Positions 52,248 through 62,499 of a stretch of DNA of 64,000 nt are shown piece by piece (position 1 is the stretch's first letter; the number at the start of each line of letters is the position of its first letter). Both the position numbers and the translations under genes were made by a program. The DNA is from an uncultured Methylomirabilota bacterium. Lineage in GTDB: Bacteria; Methylomirabilota; Methylomirabilia; Methylomirabilales; 2-02-FULL-66-22. The stretch lies in NCBI GenBank assembly GCA_963705305.1, contig OY970067.1:5472001-5536000 (forward strand), in the 5' to 3' direction. Below the pieces are notes generated by a model, which searched no databases, had not been told where the DNA came from, and saw nothing but the letters and a program-made list of their open reading frames with translations.

Positions 52248-53135
52248 CTATTCCTTGAAAGGTGCTGGGGCGGGCGCCTCCCTGCCTTTCGTCCCGCCAC
52301 CCCCCCGGACGAGCTTCTCGAGCCCCCGGATCTTCACCAGGATGCCACGTCCGGGATCCAGCACGTAGAGGGCATCCCCACTATGCCGGAGGACACCGGC
52401 CAGCCCTCGCAGGATCGAGACCGCCACCCCGGCCCGCATGGCATACACGGCATCGTCCGCAGCGTAGCACAGCATGCCCGAGACGGGATCGGCGGCCAAC
52501 GAGCGGATCTCCTTATGGCCGGCGGCGATGAAGAGGACCGCCGGCGGCTGGCCGGCGGCGGCGGTATAGATCGTGTTCCCCACGGCAAAGAAGAGCCGCT
52601 CGCCGATGGTCGCCAGGGCCGAGATCTTTCCGTTTGGAATCTGGGCCAGCAAGCCGGCTTTCCCGTTTTCCAGCAGGTAGATCAGCGAGCCGTTGGTCCC
52701 GGCGCCGTACAGGTAGATGCGCTGCTTGTATCCCGCCACGACGGAGAGGCCGGTCTGGGGGAGCTGGATGCGGTCCACAACCCGTCCCCGCTCGTACCAG
52801 CCGAGCCGCTGACCCCGCACCGTGATCAACAGGCCATGGTCCGACGTGAACGAGCTGACCCGGAGGGGGCTCGTCGCCGGGAGCAGCTTCCGCGCGGTGA
52901 GGTCGAACAGGTCGCCGGCCGCTGTCAGGGCGACGATGTGGCCGTCGGGCAGGACTTCGAACTGGCGGGCCAGGGTGACGCCGAGTTCTTGGGAGACGGA
53001 CGGGGTAAGGAGGGGGATGGCGGTCGCCTGTCCCCACACCCACACGCCGCCGGGAGGGGCCCCCGCCGCCGAGCGCGCGCACCATACCAGGACCAAGACA
53101 AGAGCAGCCGTGCTGACGCGCCGAGCCATGGTCAC
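52248..53135 (-). CDS. hypothetical exported protein, probable beta-propeller
   Basis: Signal peptide; repeated short beta-strand units (IRSLAADPVSGMLCYA, LYVLDP). Confidence 0.7.
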   Translation of the reverse strand: MTMARRVSTAALVLVLVWCARSAAGAPPGGVWVWGQATAIPLLTPSVSQELGVTLARQFEVLPDGHIVALTAAGDLFDLTARKLLPATSPLRVSSFTSDHGLLITVRGQRLGWYERGRVVDRIQLPQTGLSVVAGYKQRIYLYGAGTNGSLIYLLENGKAGLLAQIPNGKISALATIGERLFFAVGNTIYTAAAGQPPAVLFIAAGHKEIRSLAADPVSGMLCYAADDAVYAMRAGVAVSILRGLAGVLRHSGDALYVLDPGRGILVKIRGLEKLVRGGGGTKGREAPAPAPFKE

Positions 53136-54475
53136 TCGCTCCGGTAGGGCTTCCGGAGCCAGTGGTCGATCACCTCACCCGAGGCGCGCGCCCCTTCCTT
53201 CTCCCACTCCGGGCCGCGCAGGAGATCCGGCAGCTTGTCTTTCAGGACGTCCGCCGCCGTTTCCTTGGCCTTGTCCAGGAAGGCGGACCCCGCCTCGTCC
53301 CCGGCCCCCCGCCAATCCCCGCTCAAGATGAGGCGCGACATCTTGTACTCCGACAGGAGGCTGTCCTTCACGCTCTCCCCGATGTTGTCGCTTTCTTCCA
53401 GCGCCTCCTCCCACCGCCCGGCGAAGGCATCCGACATCACCTGGAAGGTCTGGTTGAGGACCGTCTCCGCCACCTGGCGGTAGATGCCGCGCCCTTCCTT
53501 CGCGATCTCGCGCTGCATGCCGGGGAGCGCGGCCTGCGCCCACACCGTCGAGCCGAAGCTGGCGATCTCGATCTGATCCGCCTCGGCCGTGGGATAGCCC
53601 GTCGTGCCGCCGAAGCGCTGATCCACAGCCCATACCATCCGGTCCCCCATCTCGTGGGTTTCGGACGCCACCGATCCGACGTTGGGAACGGTCATGGCAG
53701 GGGGCGTTGCGGTCCCCGGGTCCGGCGGGGGAATCGTCCTGATCGTGACGGCCGGTGCCCCCGGCGGGAAGGCGCAGAGCTGGCCCATGCACTGGATGGG
53801 CTGCTCCTGCGCGGGCGGCTGCCCCAGGGACTGGTTGCCGATGGGGATCGGCTGCGACCCGGCCGCTGGCGGGGACGCATCGGCGGCCGGCGGGGAGTAC
53901 CACGGGTCGTCCACATTCATCCAGGTGTCATCGGGAGAGGTCAGGGCGTTCCCATCGAAGGGGGCGCCAGCCTCGGCCCGCATGGGTTCCATGACCGTCA
54001 GGTCCTGCGTCCCGCCGATGATCTGGCTGGCCGGGCGATCCTTGAGCTGGGACAAGAGCTTGTCCTCGCGCTCCTGCTGGATCCTCTGCTGTTCCTGGAT
54101 CGCCTTCTGGAACGCCTGGATGCGCGCGGCCTCTGCCTGCGCCTGGGCACTCTGCGCGGCCTGCTCTCCTGCTGCCGGTGCATCCGGGCCCGATGTGAGG
54201 GCATCGATCAACATCGAGCCCACAATCGTTCCCATCATCCCGCCGAACATGCCCCCGCCCGAAGCCATGCCTCCACCCATGGTCGGCGTGGGTGGGTGCA
54301 GGGCGTTGATGCAGCCAGCCCCCATGCCCGCTGCGCCGCAGAGCTGGTTCAGCGCCATGCCGGCGTGCGCGGCCTTTGGAGTGGCGACAAGAAGAAGAGG
54401 AAGCAACAGGAAGATATGGAAGATGGCTCGGGGGGCCGACCGCCGTTCGTCCGGGACATCCAGACTTCCGTCCAT
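53132..54475 (-). CDS. hypothetical exported protein with Gly/Met-rich segment, coiled coil and Pro-rich linker
   Basis: Signal peptide ending AHA; GGMFGGMMGTIVG; Q-rich coil; GTGA overlap with the next gene. Confidence 0.7.
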   Translation of the reverse strand: MDGSLDVPDERRSAPRAIFHIFLLLPLLLVATPKAAHAGMALNQLCGAAGMGAGCINALHPPTPTMGGGMASGGGMFGGMMGTIVGSMLIDALTSGPDAPAAGEQAAQSAQAQAEAARIQAFQKAIQEQQRIQQEREDKLLSQLKDRPASQIIGGTQDLTVMEPMRAEAGAPFDGNALTSPDDTWMNVDDPWYSPPAADASPPAAGSQPIPIGNQSLGQPPAQEQPIQCMGQLCAFPPGAPAVTIRTIPPPDPGTATPPAMTVPNVGSVASETHEMGDRMVWAVDQRFGGTTGYPTAEADQIEIASFGSTVWAQAALPGMQREIAKEGRGIYRQVAETVLNQTFQVMSDAFAGRWEEALEESDNIGESVKDSLLSEYKMSRLILSGDWRGAGDEAGSAFLDKAKETAADVLKDKLPDLLRGPEWEKEGARASGEVIDHWLRKPYRSE

Positions 54476-54799
54476 AACCAAGGCCTCCTTCGTCGGCAGA
54501 GGACACTTCGGAACATCCGGAATCATTCCCGCGGCCGGGCGGAAAGATAGTGGCCGGATCTTGTGCTGTCAAGAAAACTGCCGGCTGGATGGCCCGGTTG
54601 TCGATTCAAGCGACACCGCAACGGGTTCGGTGAGAAAGGATCAATCAAGGCCGGCAAGCGCCAGGTCGGCGCCACGAACAGAAGGACGCGGAGTCCCGTG
54701 GAAGGACCGCCGTCCGAAATCAGGACTGGCGCTCGCGGCAACGGAAATAATAGCCCTCGGGGGCGGAGAACATATTGCACAACGTTCGGGGACGGGACA

Positions 54800-55966
54800 C
54801 TAGCGGGGGGGTGCCTGCCGGAGACGGGAGACCTCTTCCGCCAGGCGGGCGCACACGTAGTCCACCTCTTCCTCAGTGTTCCCTCGTCCCAGGCCGAAGC
54901 GGAGGCTCCCCAGGGCCATATCCCCGCGCACCCCCATCGCCCGCAGGACGTGGCTGGGCTCGAATGAGCCGGAGCTGCAGGCCGAGCCGGCGGAGACCGC
55001 CACCTCCTTCAGGGCCATCAGCAGGGCCCCGCCGTCCACCGACCCGAAGCTCACGTGGAGATTCCCCGGGAGGCGCTCGCTGGGATGCCCGTTCATCTGG
55101 ATGTGATCCAGGCGGGCGGCCAGGCCGGCCCACAGCCGATCGCGGAGCGCGGCGAGCCGCGCGGCTTCCGGTGCCATGATCTGCTCCGCCAGCTCGCAGG
55201 CCTTGCCCAGGCCGACGATGCCCGGCACGTTCAGGGTCCCGCTCCGCCGGCCGCGCTCGTGGCCGCCCCCGTCCATCTGGGGGACCAGCTTCACCTGCGG
55301 CTTGCCCATCCGGACATACAGGGCGCCCACGCCCTTCGGACCGTACAGCTTGTGGGCGGTGATCGACATCAGGTCCAGTCCGAGAGCGTCCGCCCGCGCC
55401 GGAATCTTCCCGACGGCCTGCACCGCGTCACTGTGAAACAGCACGCCGTGCGCCTTGCAGATCTTCCCGATCTCCGCCAGAGGCTGGACCGTTCCCACCT
55501 CGTTGTTCGCCAGCATGATGGAGACCAGGATCGTCTGCGGAGTGATGGCCCCGGCCACGTCCGCCGGATCCACCCGGCCGTATCGGTCCACCGGCAGGTA
55601 GGTGAGCCGAAAACCTTCCTTCTCCAGCCGCTTGCAGGGGTCCAGGACGGCGTGGTGCTCGACCTGCGAGGTGATGAGGTGGGCGCCCTTGTCGCGGTAG
55701 GCGTAGGCCACCCCCTTCAGCGCCAGGTTGTCGGCCTCGGTGGCCCCGGAGGTGAACACGATCTCCATGGGCTTGCAGCCGATCAGACGAGCCATCTGGC
55801 CCCGGGCGGCCTCGACAGCCATTTCGGCCTCGCGGCCGAAGGCGTGGGTGCGCGAGGCGGCGTTGCCGAAGGTGTCCAGGAAGTAGGGCCGCATGGCCTC
55901 GAATACCTCCGGGGCCACCGGCGTCGTTGCGTGATGATCCATGTAGATCGGCAGCTTCAATGCCAT
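54800..55966 (-). CDS. iscS: cysteine desulfurase (IscS/NifS group I)
   Basis: [43 protein letters not shown]. Confidence 0.93.
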   Translation of the reverse strand: MALKLPIYMDHHATTPVAPEVFEAMRPYFLDTFGNAASRTHAFGREAEMAVEAARGQMARLIGCKPMEIVFTSGATEADNLALKGVAYAYRDKGAHLITSQVEHHAVLDPCKRLEKEGFRLTYLPVDRYGRVDPADVAGAITPQTILVSIMLANNEVGTVQPLAEIGKICKAHGVLFHSDAVQAVGKIPARADALGLDLMSITAHKLYGPKGVGALYVRMGKPQVKLVPQMDGGGHERGRRSGTLNVPGIVGLGKACELAEQIMAPEAARLAALRDRLWAGLAARLDHIQMNGHPSERLPGNLHVSFGSVDGGALLMALKEVAVSAGSACSSGSFEPSHVLRAMGVRGDMALGSLRFGLGRGNTEEEVDYVCARLAEEVSRLRQAPPR

Positions 55967-56567
55967 GAGGGATGCCTCCCAGCGCGAGTGTTTTGCGGCG
56001 ACTCGTCGGCTCTCCGTGGAGGGATTCTACCCGACCTACGCGCAATGTCCAAGAGGCACCGGGCGCCTTCAGCCGGGCAGGGCGCACGCAATGCAATGTC
56101 CGCCCCCTCCTGGTCGGTTCCGGGGGTGACGGCCCATGAATTTGAATTCAGCGGGCTATGCCTGATTCGGCCTGCATATGGCGTGTGCCCGGATCCGTTG
56201 GCGCCGGTGGGGAAATGAGCACCTACTCCCGTAGAAAGGAAACGCCCAGGAGGCCGGCCACCTTCCATCTCGTTCTCCGTGGTTCCCGTCGAGTGCACCT
56301 TCGGGAAATGTCAAGGAGCCTGCAGAGGCAAAGACCCGTTTATTGTCAAGCAGTTATCCATTTGCGCCCCGCCCCCTGCAGTTCCTTCCTGCCCCCCTGG
56401 CCGCACACCGATCCGCAGGAGGGCCTCAGGGTCCTCGCCCGGGATCGGACCGACGAGACCCCTTCCGTGAAACGAGGGGGCGAGGGAGCCCGTACTATGT
56501 GAAAGAGCCCGGAAAATGGTTGGGTACCAAGGAGAGTAGCCTTTTTCTCTCACAAAAGGAGCACGGT

Positions 56568-57221
56568 ATGACAACAGGCAAGGGATTCAGGCATCGGGGT
56601 TGGGTGCTGGGAGGAGCGCTCCTGATCGGCTTGACGATGGGCGGCGCGGGCGCCGCCCTGGCCCAGCAGGCGCCCGGGCCCGGTCAGCCCCCCCACAAGG
56701 AATGGCATCCCGGCCCGCGGGATCGCGCCGCCGACGGACAGATGTTCTTCCACCGCATCCAGAAAAAGCTGGGGCTCAACGATCAGCAGGCGACCGAGAT
56801 CCAGGCGCTGCTTCAAAACCAGCGCACTGCGGCCCAGGCGGACTTCCAGGCCCTGCGAGCGGCCCGGAAGCAGGTGCGCGATCTCTTGGCCGACCCGAAG
56901 TCCGATCCGGCCGCCATCCAAGCCGCGGCTGGCCAGTTGAAGTCGCAGATAGACAAGCTGGTCGATCAACGCCTCCAGACCCAACTGGCTCTTCGCGCCA
57001 AGCTGACTCCCGAGCAGTGGCAGCAATGGACCAGGATGCAAAAGAAATTCATGTCGCACCGCTGGAGCCATCGCGGGCACGGGCATCGGTGGGCCCATCG
57101 CCGCGGACACCGGTGGAGTCGCCACCATGGGCATCACGGGCACCGCTGGAGCCATCGCGGGCATGGGCATCGGTGGGGCCATGGAGATCGAGATCGCGGT
57201 GCCGGCGTGGGGGCCTCCTGA
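56568..57221 (+). CDS. Spy/CpxP-family periplasmic protein with His-rich C-terminal tail
   Basis: Signal peptide; LGLNDQQ and LTPEQ motifs; helical core; HRW repeats. Confidence 0.85.
   Translation: MTTGKGFRHRGWVLGGALLIGLTMGGAGAALAQQAPGPGQPPHKEWHPGPRDRAADGQMFFHRIQKKLGLNDQQATEIQALLQNQRTAAQADFQALRAARKQVRDLLADPKSDPAAIQAAAGQLKSQIDKLVDQRLQTQLALRAKLTPEQWQQWTRMQKKFMSHRWSHRGHGHRWAHRRGHRWSRHHGHHGHRWSHRGHGHRWGHGDRDRGAGVGAS
57057..57182 (+). repeat. coding repeat producing the HRW-xH tail
   Basis: 37-bp direct repeat at 57057 and 57141 (1 mismatch, 84-bp offset); five HRW motifs. Confidence 0.85.
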
Positions 57222-57376
57222 GAGCATTCTCTTCCGGTTGTGCAGTGTGAACCGGCCATTCCTGGGGGCGGCGCAGGCTGCCGAACGTCCGGAGGGCCCC
57301 CCGGGAGTGGCCAGGCGTTTATGGGGCCGTTGAGCATGTCCTCTCCATCGTGGCTCAGCAAGCAGGAAGGTGAATC

Positions 57377-57685
57377 GTGAGAACGCACCGCCTCACCGCA
57401 GGAATCATCGTTCTTTCGATCCTGGGGCTCGTCCCGGCGGCGAGGGCTGCCTCCGACAACGAGCCGGCTGGCGGGCGCCGGTCTGGACCTTCCCAGGCCG
57501 CCATCGATGCCTGCAAGGACAAGAACGAAGGAGCAGCGGTAGAATTCACGAGCCGGCACGGCCACACCATCAAAGCCGTCTGCAAGTCCGTGAACGGCCA
57601 GCTGGCGGCCGTCCCCCAGGGCGGGTTCCATCACCAGCGCGGGGCCCCTCCCGGGGGCGCAGCGAATGGGGACAGCCACCAGTAA
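57377..57685 (+). CDS. small exported protein with a Cys pair
   Basis: Signal peptide; AIDACKDKNEG...AVCK; RBS AGGAAGG. Confidence 0.75.
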   Translation: MRTHRLTAGIIVLSILGLVPAARAASDNEPAGGRRSGPSQAAIDACKDKNEGAAVEFTSRHGHTIKAVCKSVNGQLAAVPQGGFHHQRGAPPGGAANGDSHQ

Positions 57686-57730
57686 TCCTGCAGGAGCAGC
57701 TTGAAGGCGTATCAGGATGAGGAGACACCC

Positions 57731-58342
57731 ATGCTACGTGTCCGCACGGTGAGGATGTCCGGCAGACCACTCATGGCGGCGGCGCTGGCGGCGGCCCTGC
57801 TGCTGTCCGGCACGAGCCCGTCCTTTGCCCAGCTTGGAGAAATCATCATCAGAGAGCTTCCGCCGGGCTATGCGACCATTCGGGTGGGCCATGACAGGTA
57901 CTTCTTTCACAAGGGTCGCTTCTACGTGCGGCGCCACGGCGGCTACGCGGTGATCCCGGCGCCCATCGGCGCCGTCGTCCCCGCCTTGCCGCTCGGCTTC
58001 GTCACGGTGATGGTGGGCGGGGCAAGCTACTACGTCTTCGAGGGAGTCTATTATCGACAGGTTCCCGAAGGATTCATGGTGGTCGCGCCGCCGCCCGCCG
58101 TGCCGCCGCAGCCCGCTCCACCCCAGGCGACCTCGGGCGTAGCCGTCGTCCAGACGCCGCTGCTCAACATCCGCTCCGGACCGGCAGGCACGTATCCGGT
58201 GATCGGCCAGGCGCGGATGGGCGAGCGGCTGCGCATCATTGCGAGCGTGCCCGGCTGGTACCAGGTGCAGCTGGCGGATGGAAGATTCGGCTGGGTCATG
58301 ACGCAGTTTACCGTCCTGGAGCAGCCCGTCCCTCAGGGGTAG
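57731..58342 (+). CDS. exported protein with DUF6515-like region and C-terminal bacterial SH3 domain
   Basis: LPPGY-x3-RVG-x2-YF, PAPIGAVV-x2-LP, YYVFEGVYY; LNIRSGP, WYQVQL, GWV. Confidence 0.8.
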   Translation: MLRVRTVRMSGRPLMAAALAAALLLSGTSPSFAQLGEIIIRELPPGYATIRVGHDRYFFHKGRFYVRRHGGYAVIPAPIGAVVPALPLGFVTVMVGGASYYVFEGVYYRQVPEGFMVVAPPPAVPPQPAPPQATSGVAVVQTPLLNIRSGPAGTYPVIGQARMGERLRIIASVPGWYQVQLADGRFGWVMTQFTVLEQPVPQG

Positions 58343-58382
58343 AGCCCGCGCCGGGCACGACAATCGACGGCGGGGGGAGGGG

Positions 58383-59171
58383 TCAAATTGCAGCCCGGCG
58401 AGACCCCCCGTCCACGATCACCAGGCTGCCGGTGATGTAGCTGGCGCGCTCGGAGGCCAGAAAGGCCACCACGTCGGCGACCTCCTCGGGGCGCCCCATC
58501 CGCTTCAGCGGGATCGCGCCCGCGGTCTCCCGCTCCGCCGCTTCAACGGTGACCCCCTTGGCCCGGGCCGCGTCCTGGAGGAGCTGCGCCTGCCGCTCGG
58601 TCCGGATCGGTCCGGGACAGACGGTCGTCACCAGAATGTTGTTTCCGGCCTCGGCATCGGCCAGCGCCTTCATGACGTTCAGGATGCCGGCATTGTTCAG
58701 GCCCAGCGGCATGGTCAACGGGCCGGGCTGCAGACCCGCCAGTCCGGCGATATTCACGATGCGACCCCACCCGTTCCGGCGCAGATGCGGCAGGACCAGC
58801 CGCGCCATGCGGAGGTAGCCGAAGAGCTTGAGCTTGAGATTTTCCTGCCACAACTCCTCCGTCAGATCGTCGAACGGGATGCCCCGGGCCGCCCCTGCAT
58901 TGTTCACCAGGATGTCGATCCGTCCCCAGGCCGCCGCCGCCGCCACCACCCGCTCGGCTGCGCCTGCTGCGGTGAGATCCGCCTCCACCCCCAGGACCTT
59001 GCCGCCGCCGAGGGTCTCCAGGGCATGCTGCGCCTCGGCCAGCGACTCCCGATTCCGCGCGCACAGGACGACGCTCGCCCCCTCACGACAGAGCCGTTCC
59101 GCCACGGCCCGGCCGATGCCGCGGCTCCCTCCGGTGACGATCGCCACCCGCCCGGTGATCCCCAAGTCCAT
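58383..59171 (-). CDS. SDR family oxidoreductase
   Basis: TGGSRGIG, DILVNNAG, CPGPIRT, PEEVA, VDGG. Confidence 0.92.
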   Translation of the reverse strand: MDLGITGRVAIVTGGSRGIGRAVAERLCREGASVVLCARNRESLAEAQHALETLGGGKVLGVEADLTAAGAAERVVAAAAAWGRIDILVNNAGAARGIPFDDLTEELWQENLKLKLFGYLRMARLVLPHLRRNGWGRIVNIAGLAGLQPGPLTMPLGLNNAGILNVMKALADAEAGNNILVTTVCPGPIRTERQAQLLQDAARAKGVTVEAAERETAGAIPLKRMGRPEEVADVVAFLASERASYITGSLVIVDGGSRRAAI

Positions 59172-59260
59172 GGCTGTCCCCCCTGTAACGCAACCCCTCT
59201 TCCCAAGAACAACGTTTGAAGACCGGCCCCCCCTCTGCAGGATGCGCTCCAGCACAGCCG

Positions 59261-60293
59261 TCATGACTGCATCAAGAGGTTGAGATTCCCCAGGCCCTGC
59301 TTCAGCTCGCCGGCCTCGACGCGCTTGGCGACCTCGACAATCGCCTCGTTCATGGGGGTGGGCAGGCCCACCTCCCGGCCCTTGCGGACCACATAGCCGT
59401 TCAGGAAGTCCACCTCGATGCGGCGGCCCTTCATGACGTTCTTGCAGCAGGGAGGGCCGTCCCGTTCCGAGGGCCCGCCCGGCCTCCTCCCAGCGGCTCC
59501 GCAGCTCGTCCACGCCCACCCCCCGCGCGGCATCCAGGTAGGCGGCGGCGGGGATGCCGCCCACTGCCTCCACCTGCACCCCCAGCGCCTGCGCCACGGC
59601 CACCGCCTCGGCGGCCACTCTGGTCACGATTGCGAAGACGTCCTGGTTTCTGCGCAGCTCGGCGCTGCCCAGGCCGGTGATCCCGGCAATCGCGTTGGCC
59701 ATGCTGTTGGTGGTCAGCTTGGCCCAGCGCTCGCCCCACAGGTTGCTGGTGACGCGCGTCGGCCCCACAGGTGCCAGCATCTTTACCAGCTCCTCCACCC
59801 GGGAGGTCAGCATGCCGTTCAGCTCGCCCACGGCCAGGGAGGGGCGCGAGGGCGCGCTGGTCCGCAGGACGTGTCCCGGCTCGTACAGGCCGGCGCCGAG
59901 GGTGACCACGCAGCCGAGGACCCGCGTGAAGCCGAAGATCGGGGCCACCTGGTCCTCGTTGATCCCGTTCTGCGCGGACACGAGGACCCCCGCCGGCTTG
60001 AGGTACGGCTGGATGAAGGTGGCCGCCCACACGCTGTCGTAGGACTTCACCGAAAGGAAGACCGCGTCGAACTGCACGCGCAGGCCGCAGACATCGGCCA
60101 GGTGCACTGCCTTCACCGCGACCGTGAACTCTTCATCTCCGGCCGTCACCGTGAGGCCGCCGCGCCGCATTGCCTCCACGTGTGCCGGCCACATGTCGAT
60201 CAGGGTGACGTCCCGTCCGGCGCGGGCCAGGTATGCCCCGATGGTGCTGCCGATCGCCCCCGCACCCATCACTGCCAGCTTTTCGAATGCCAC
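59261..60293 (-). CDS. ketopantoate reductase (PanE/ApbA) family protein; +1 frameshift near 59440 as assembled
   Basis: GAGAIG, SVKSYD, QNG, WAKL, PSLLQ|DVMKGRRIEVDFLNG restored by removing one A. Confidence 0.85.
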
Positions 60294-60498
60294 GGCCACC
60301 TCCTCTCTCGGGAAGTCGAATACGCCCTGCGAAAATGCGAAACACGGGACAGCGGTTGGGTATGCTACCCTTGATGGAGGAATCTGGCAAGAATTCGGAT
60401 GGGGAACTCGGTCCGCTGGACGGCCGCATGCCGGAGCCCGCTTCCGCCCGGCCTGCCAGCCGGGCGGGCAGGATCGCCGCATCACCGGACGGCGGGGG

Positions 60499-61065
60499 TC
60501 AGCCCAGCAACTGCCCCTTGGCCGCCACGAAGCGGGGGTCGCGCAGGCGGTCCAGGTCGGCGCGTACGTAGCCCAGGCCGTACACGCACAACTCGAAATT
60601 CTCGGACAGCTTCTTGAAGAACGGAGCCTTTTCGGCGTAGCTCCCGTAGCGGTACTCCGACACGATCCAGTAGGAGCGCTTCCCTACCTGGACGAAGTCG
60701 AGGAGGGCGTCGGATGAGGTGACGCTCCGCGAGGCGCGGAGGCGGCGGACGAACTCCGGAAAGATTCCCGTCATGAACAGGGTGTAGTCGCCGATATGCT
60801 TGTGCACCTCCCGCTCCCGGTCCACGGACTGCGCCCCGTGCAAGAGGTCCCCCTCGGCCAGCATCTCCGCGATCGCCTCCACCCGCCGTCCCTGCGCGGT
60901 GCGGATCTTGTACAGCCGGTCCACGTGGACAAAGTCGATGAGAACCCCCGCCAGGTATCGGATCACATCACCATCCGGCCATCCCAGGTGGACGGCGAAA
61001 TTCCGCTCGGTGAGGCCGGCCAGCAGCCGCACCAGCGGATGTCCGTGTGGGACGTCGGTCGCCAT
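60499..61065 (-). CDS. hypothetical protein
   Basis: Helical, codon-biased ORF (REREVHKHIGDYTLFMTGIFPE, GKRSY); no function recognised. Confidence 0.8.
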   Translation of the reverse strand: MATDVPHGHPLVRLLAGLTERNFAVHLGWPDGDVIRYLAGVLIDFVHVDRLYKIRTAQGRRVEAIAEMLAEGDLLHGAQSVDREREVHKHIGDYTLFMTGIFPEFVRRLRASRSVTSSDALLDFVQVGKRSYWIVSEYRYGSYAEKAPFFKKLSENFELCVYGLGYVRADLDRLRDPRFVAAKGQLLG

Positions 61066-61181
61066 GGCATTCCCCTTCACGCGTCCCCGGGAGGCGGGAA
61101 TTCGCCGCCCGGGCACGGAAGAGAGTATAGCAACAGGACGCGGCCGGGAAAAGACGAGACGGGGGGATCGCCGGTCGGGAA

Positions 61182-62426
61182 TCAGCGGGGGGTCTTCCGC
61201 CCGCGGCGCGGATTGGTGACCCGGCCCGGTCTGCGCGCCGCCGGTCGGGCAAGGAGCGAGGCCCGCGTGATGGCGCCTCGCCCGAACCGATCCTGGATCT
61301 CATCCATCGTGCGGGCAAGCATCCGCCTCGGGTCGGTCCGGGCGGGAAACAGCGGCAGCTGCTGGGAGGCGTCCCCGGCGGTCGGCAGGAGGCGCGTGGT
61401 CGTGATCCCCAGGAGGCGAACCCGCACCCCGCTCCACCCCAGCCGCTCCAGGAGGCGCCAGGCGGCCCGGAAAAGGTCGTCCCCCACATCCGTTGGGCGG
61501 TCCAGCACATCGGCCCGGGTGAGGGTGTGGAAGTGCTCATCCCGGAATTTCAAGGTCACGCCCCCCGCCAGCATGCCTGCCCGGCGCAGGCGGCCCGCCA
61601 CCTTGTCCGAGAGGCCGAGGATGGTCCGGCGAATCTCCTCCCGATCCGCCGTGTCCTCCCCGAAGGTGGTCTCGGCCCCGAGCGATTTGCTCTCCTGATC
61701 CGGCTCGACCGTGCGATCGTCCCGGCCGTTGGCCAGCTCCCACAGATCGCGTCCGGCATTGCCCAGCAGCCCTTCCAGGTCCTGGGCGCGCATCCGGGCG
61801 ATTTGGCCGATGGTTCGCATGCCCAGCCGCCGCAGGCGGGCTTCGGTCATCGGTCCGACGCCCCACAGGCGCGAGATCGGCAGGGGATCCAGGAACTCGC
61901 GCTCCTGGCCGGGGGAGACCACGACGAACCCGTCCGGTTTTCCCAGGTCCGAGGCGACCTTGGCCAGGAACTTGTTAGGGGCGAGGCCGATAGAGGCAAC
62001 GAGGCCCAGTTCCGACCGGATGCGCGCCTTCAAGGTCCGGCCGATCGTCTCCGCCGATCCGTGCAGGCGCTGGCTGGCCGTGACATCCAGGAAGGCCTCG
62101 TCGATCGAGAGTGGTTCGACCAGGTCCGTGTACTCCCGGAGGATCGCGAAGATCCGTTCAGACATCTCGGCGTACCGATCCCCCCGGGGCCGAACGTAGA
62201 TGGCCTGGGGGCACAGCCGATAGGCTTGGGAGATGGGCAAGGCTGAGCGGACGCCGAAGCGTCGCGCCTCGTACGAGCAGGCGGCCACCACGCCCCGCCC
62301 GGCGCCGCCCCGCGGATCGGCGCCCACGACCACCGGCTTGCCGCGATAGGCCGGATGGTCGAGTTGCTCCACCGAGGCGTAGAATGCGTCCATGTCCAGG
62401 TGGATGATATCTCTCGGCGGCGCCAT
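61182..62426 (-). CDS. dinB: DNA polymerase IV (Y family)
   Basis: HLDMDAFYASVE, SYEAR, SIDEAFLD, KFLAKVASDLGKPDG, LWGVGP. Confidence 0.96.
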   Translation of the reverse strand: MAPPRDIIHLDMDAFYASVEQLDHPAYRGKPVVVGADPRGGAGRGVVAACSYEARRFGVRSALPISQAYRLCPQAIYVRPRGDRYAEMSERIFAILREYTDLVEPLSIDEAFLDVTASQRLHGSAETIGRTLKARIRSELGLVASIGLAPNKFLAKVASDLGKPDGFVVVSPGQEREFLDPLPISRLWGVGPMTEARLRRLGMRTIGQIARMRAQDLEGLLGNAGRDLWELANGRDDRTVEPDQESKSLGAETTFGEDTADREEIRRTILGLSDKVAGRLRRAGMLAGGVTLKFRDEHFHTLTRADVLDRPTDVGDDLFRAAWRLLERLGWSGVRVRLLGITTTRLLPTAGDASQQLPLFPARTDPRRMLARTMDEIQDRFGRGAITRASLLARPAARRPGRVTNPRRGRKTPR

Positions 62427-62499
62427 CCGCTTCCGGGCACTCCCGTCGAGTCTCACGCGGCCGGACCCGACCGGAAGCCCGCCTCCTTTTCCCGGCAGA

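Noticed and set aside
58383..60485. 700-aa ORF suggesting a PanE-SDR fusion
   Set aside because: Produced by one extra A near 59440. The true PanE C-terminus lies in another frame ending at 59261, and the SDR has its own RBS and ATG at 59171.
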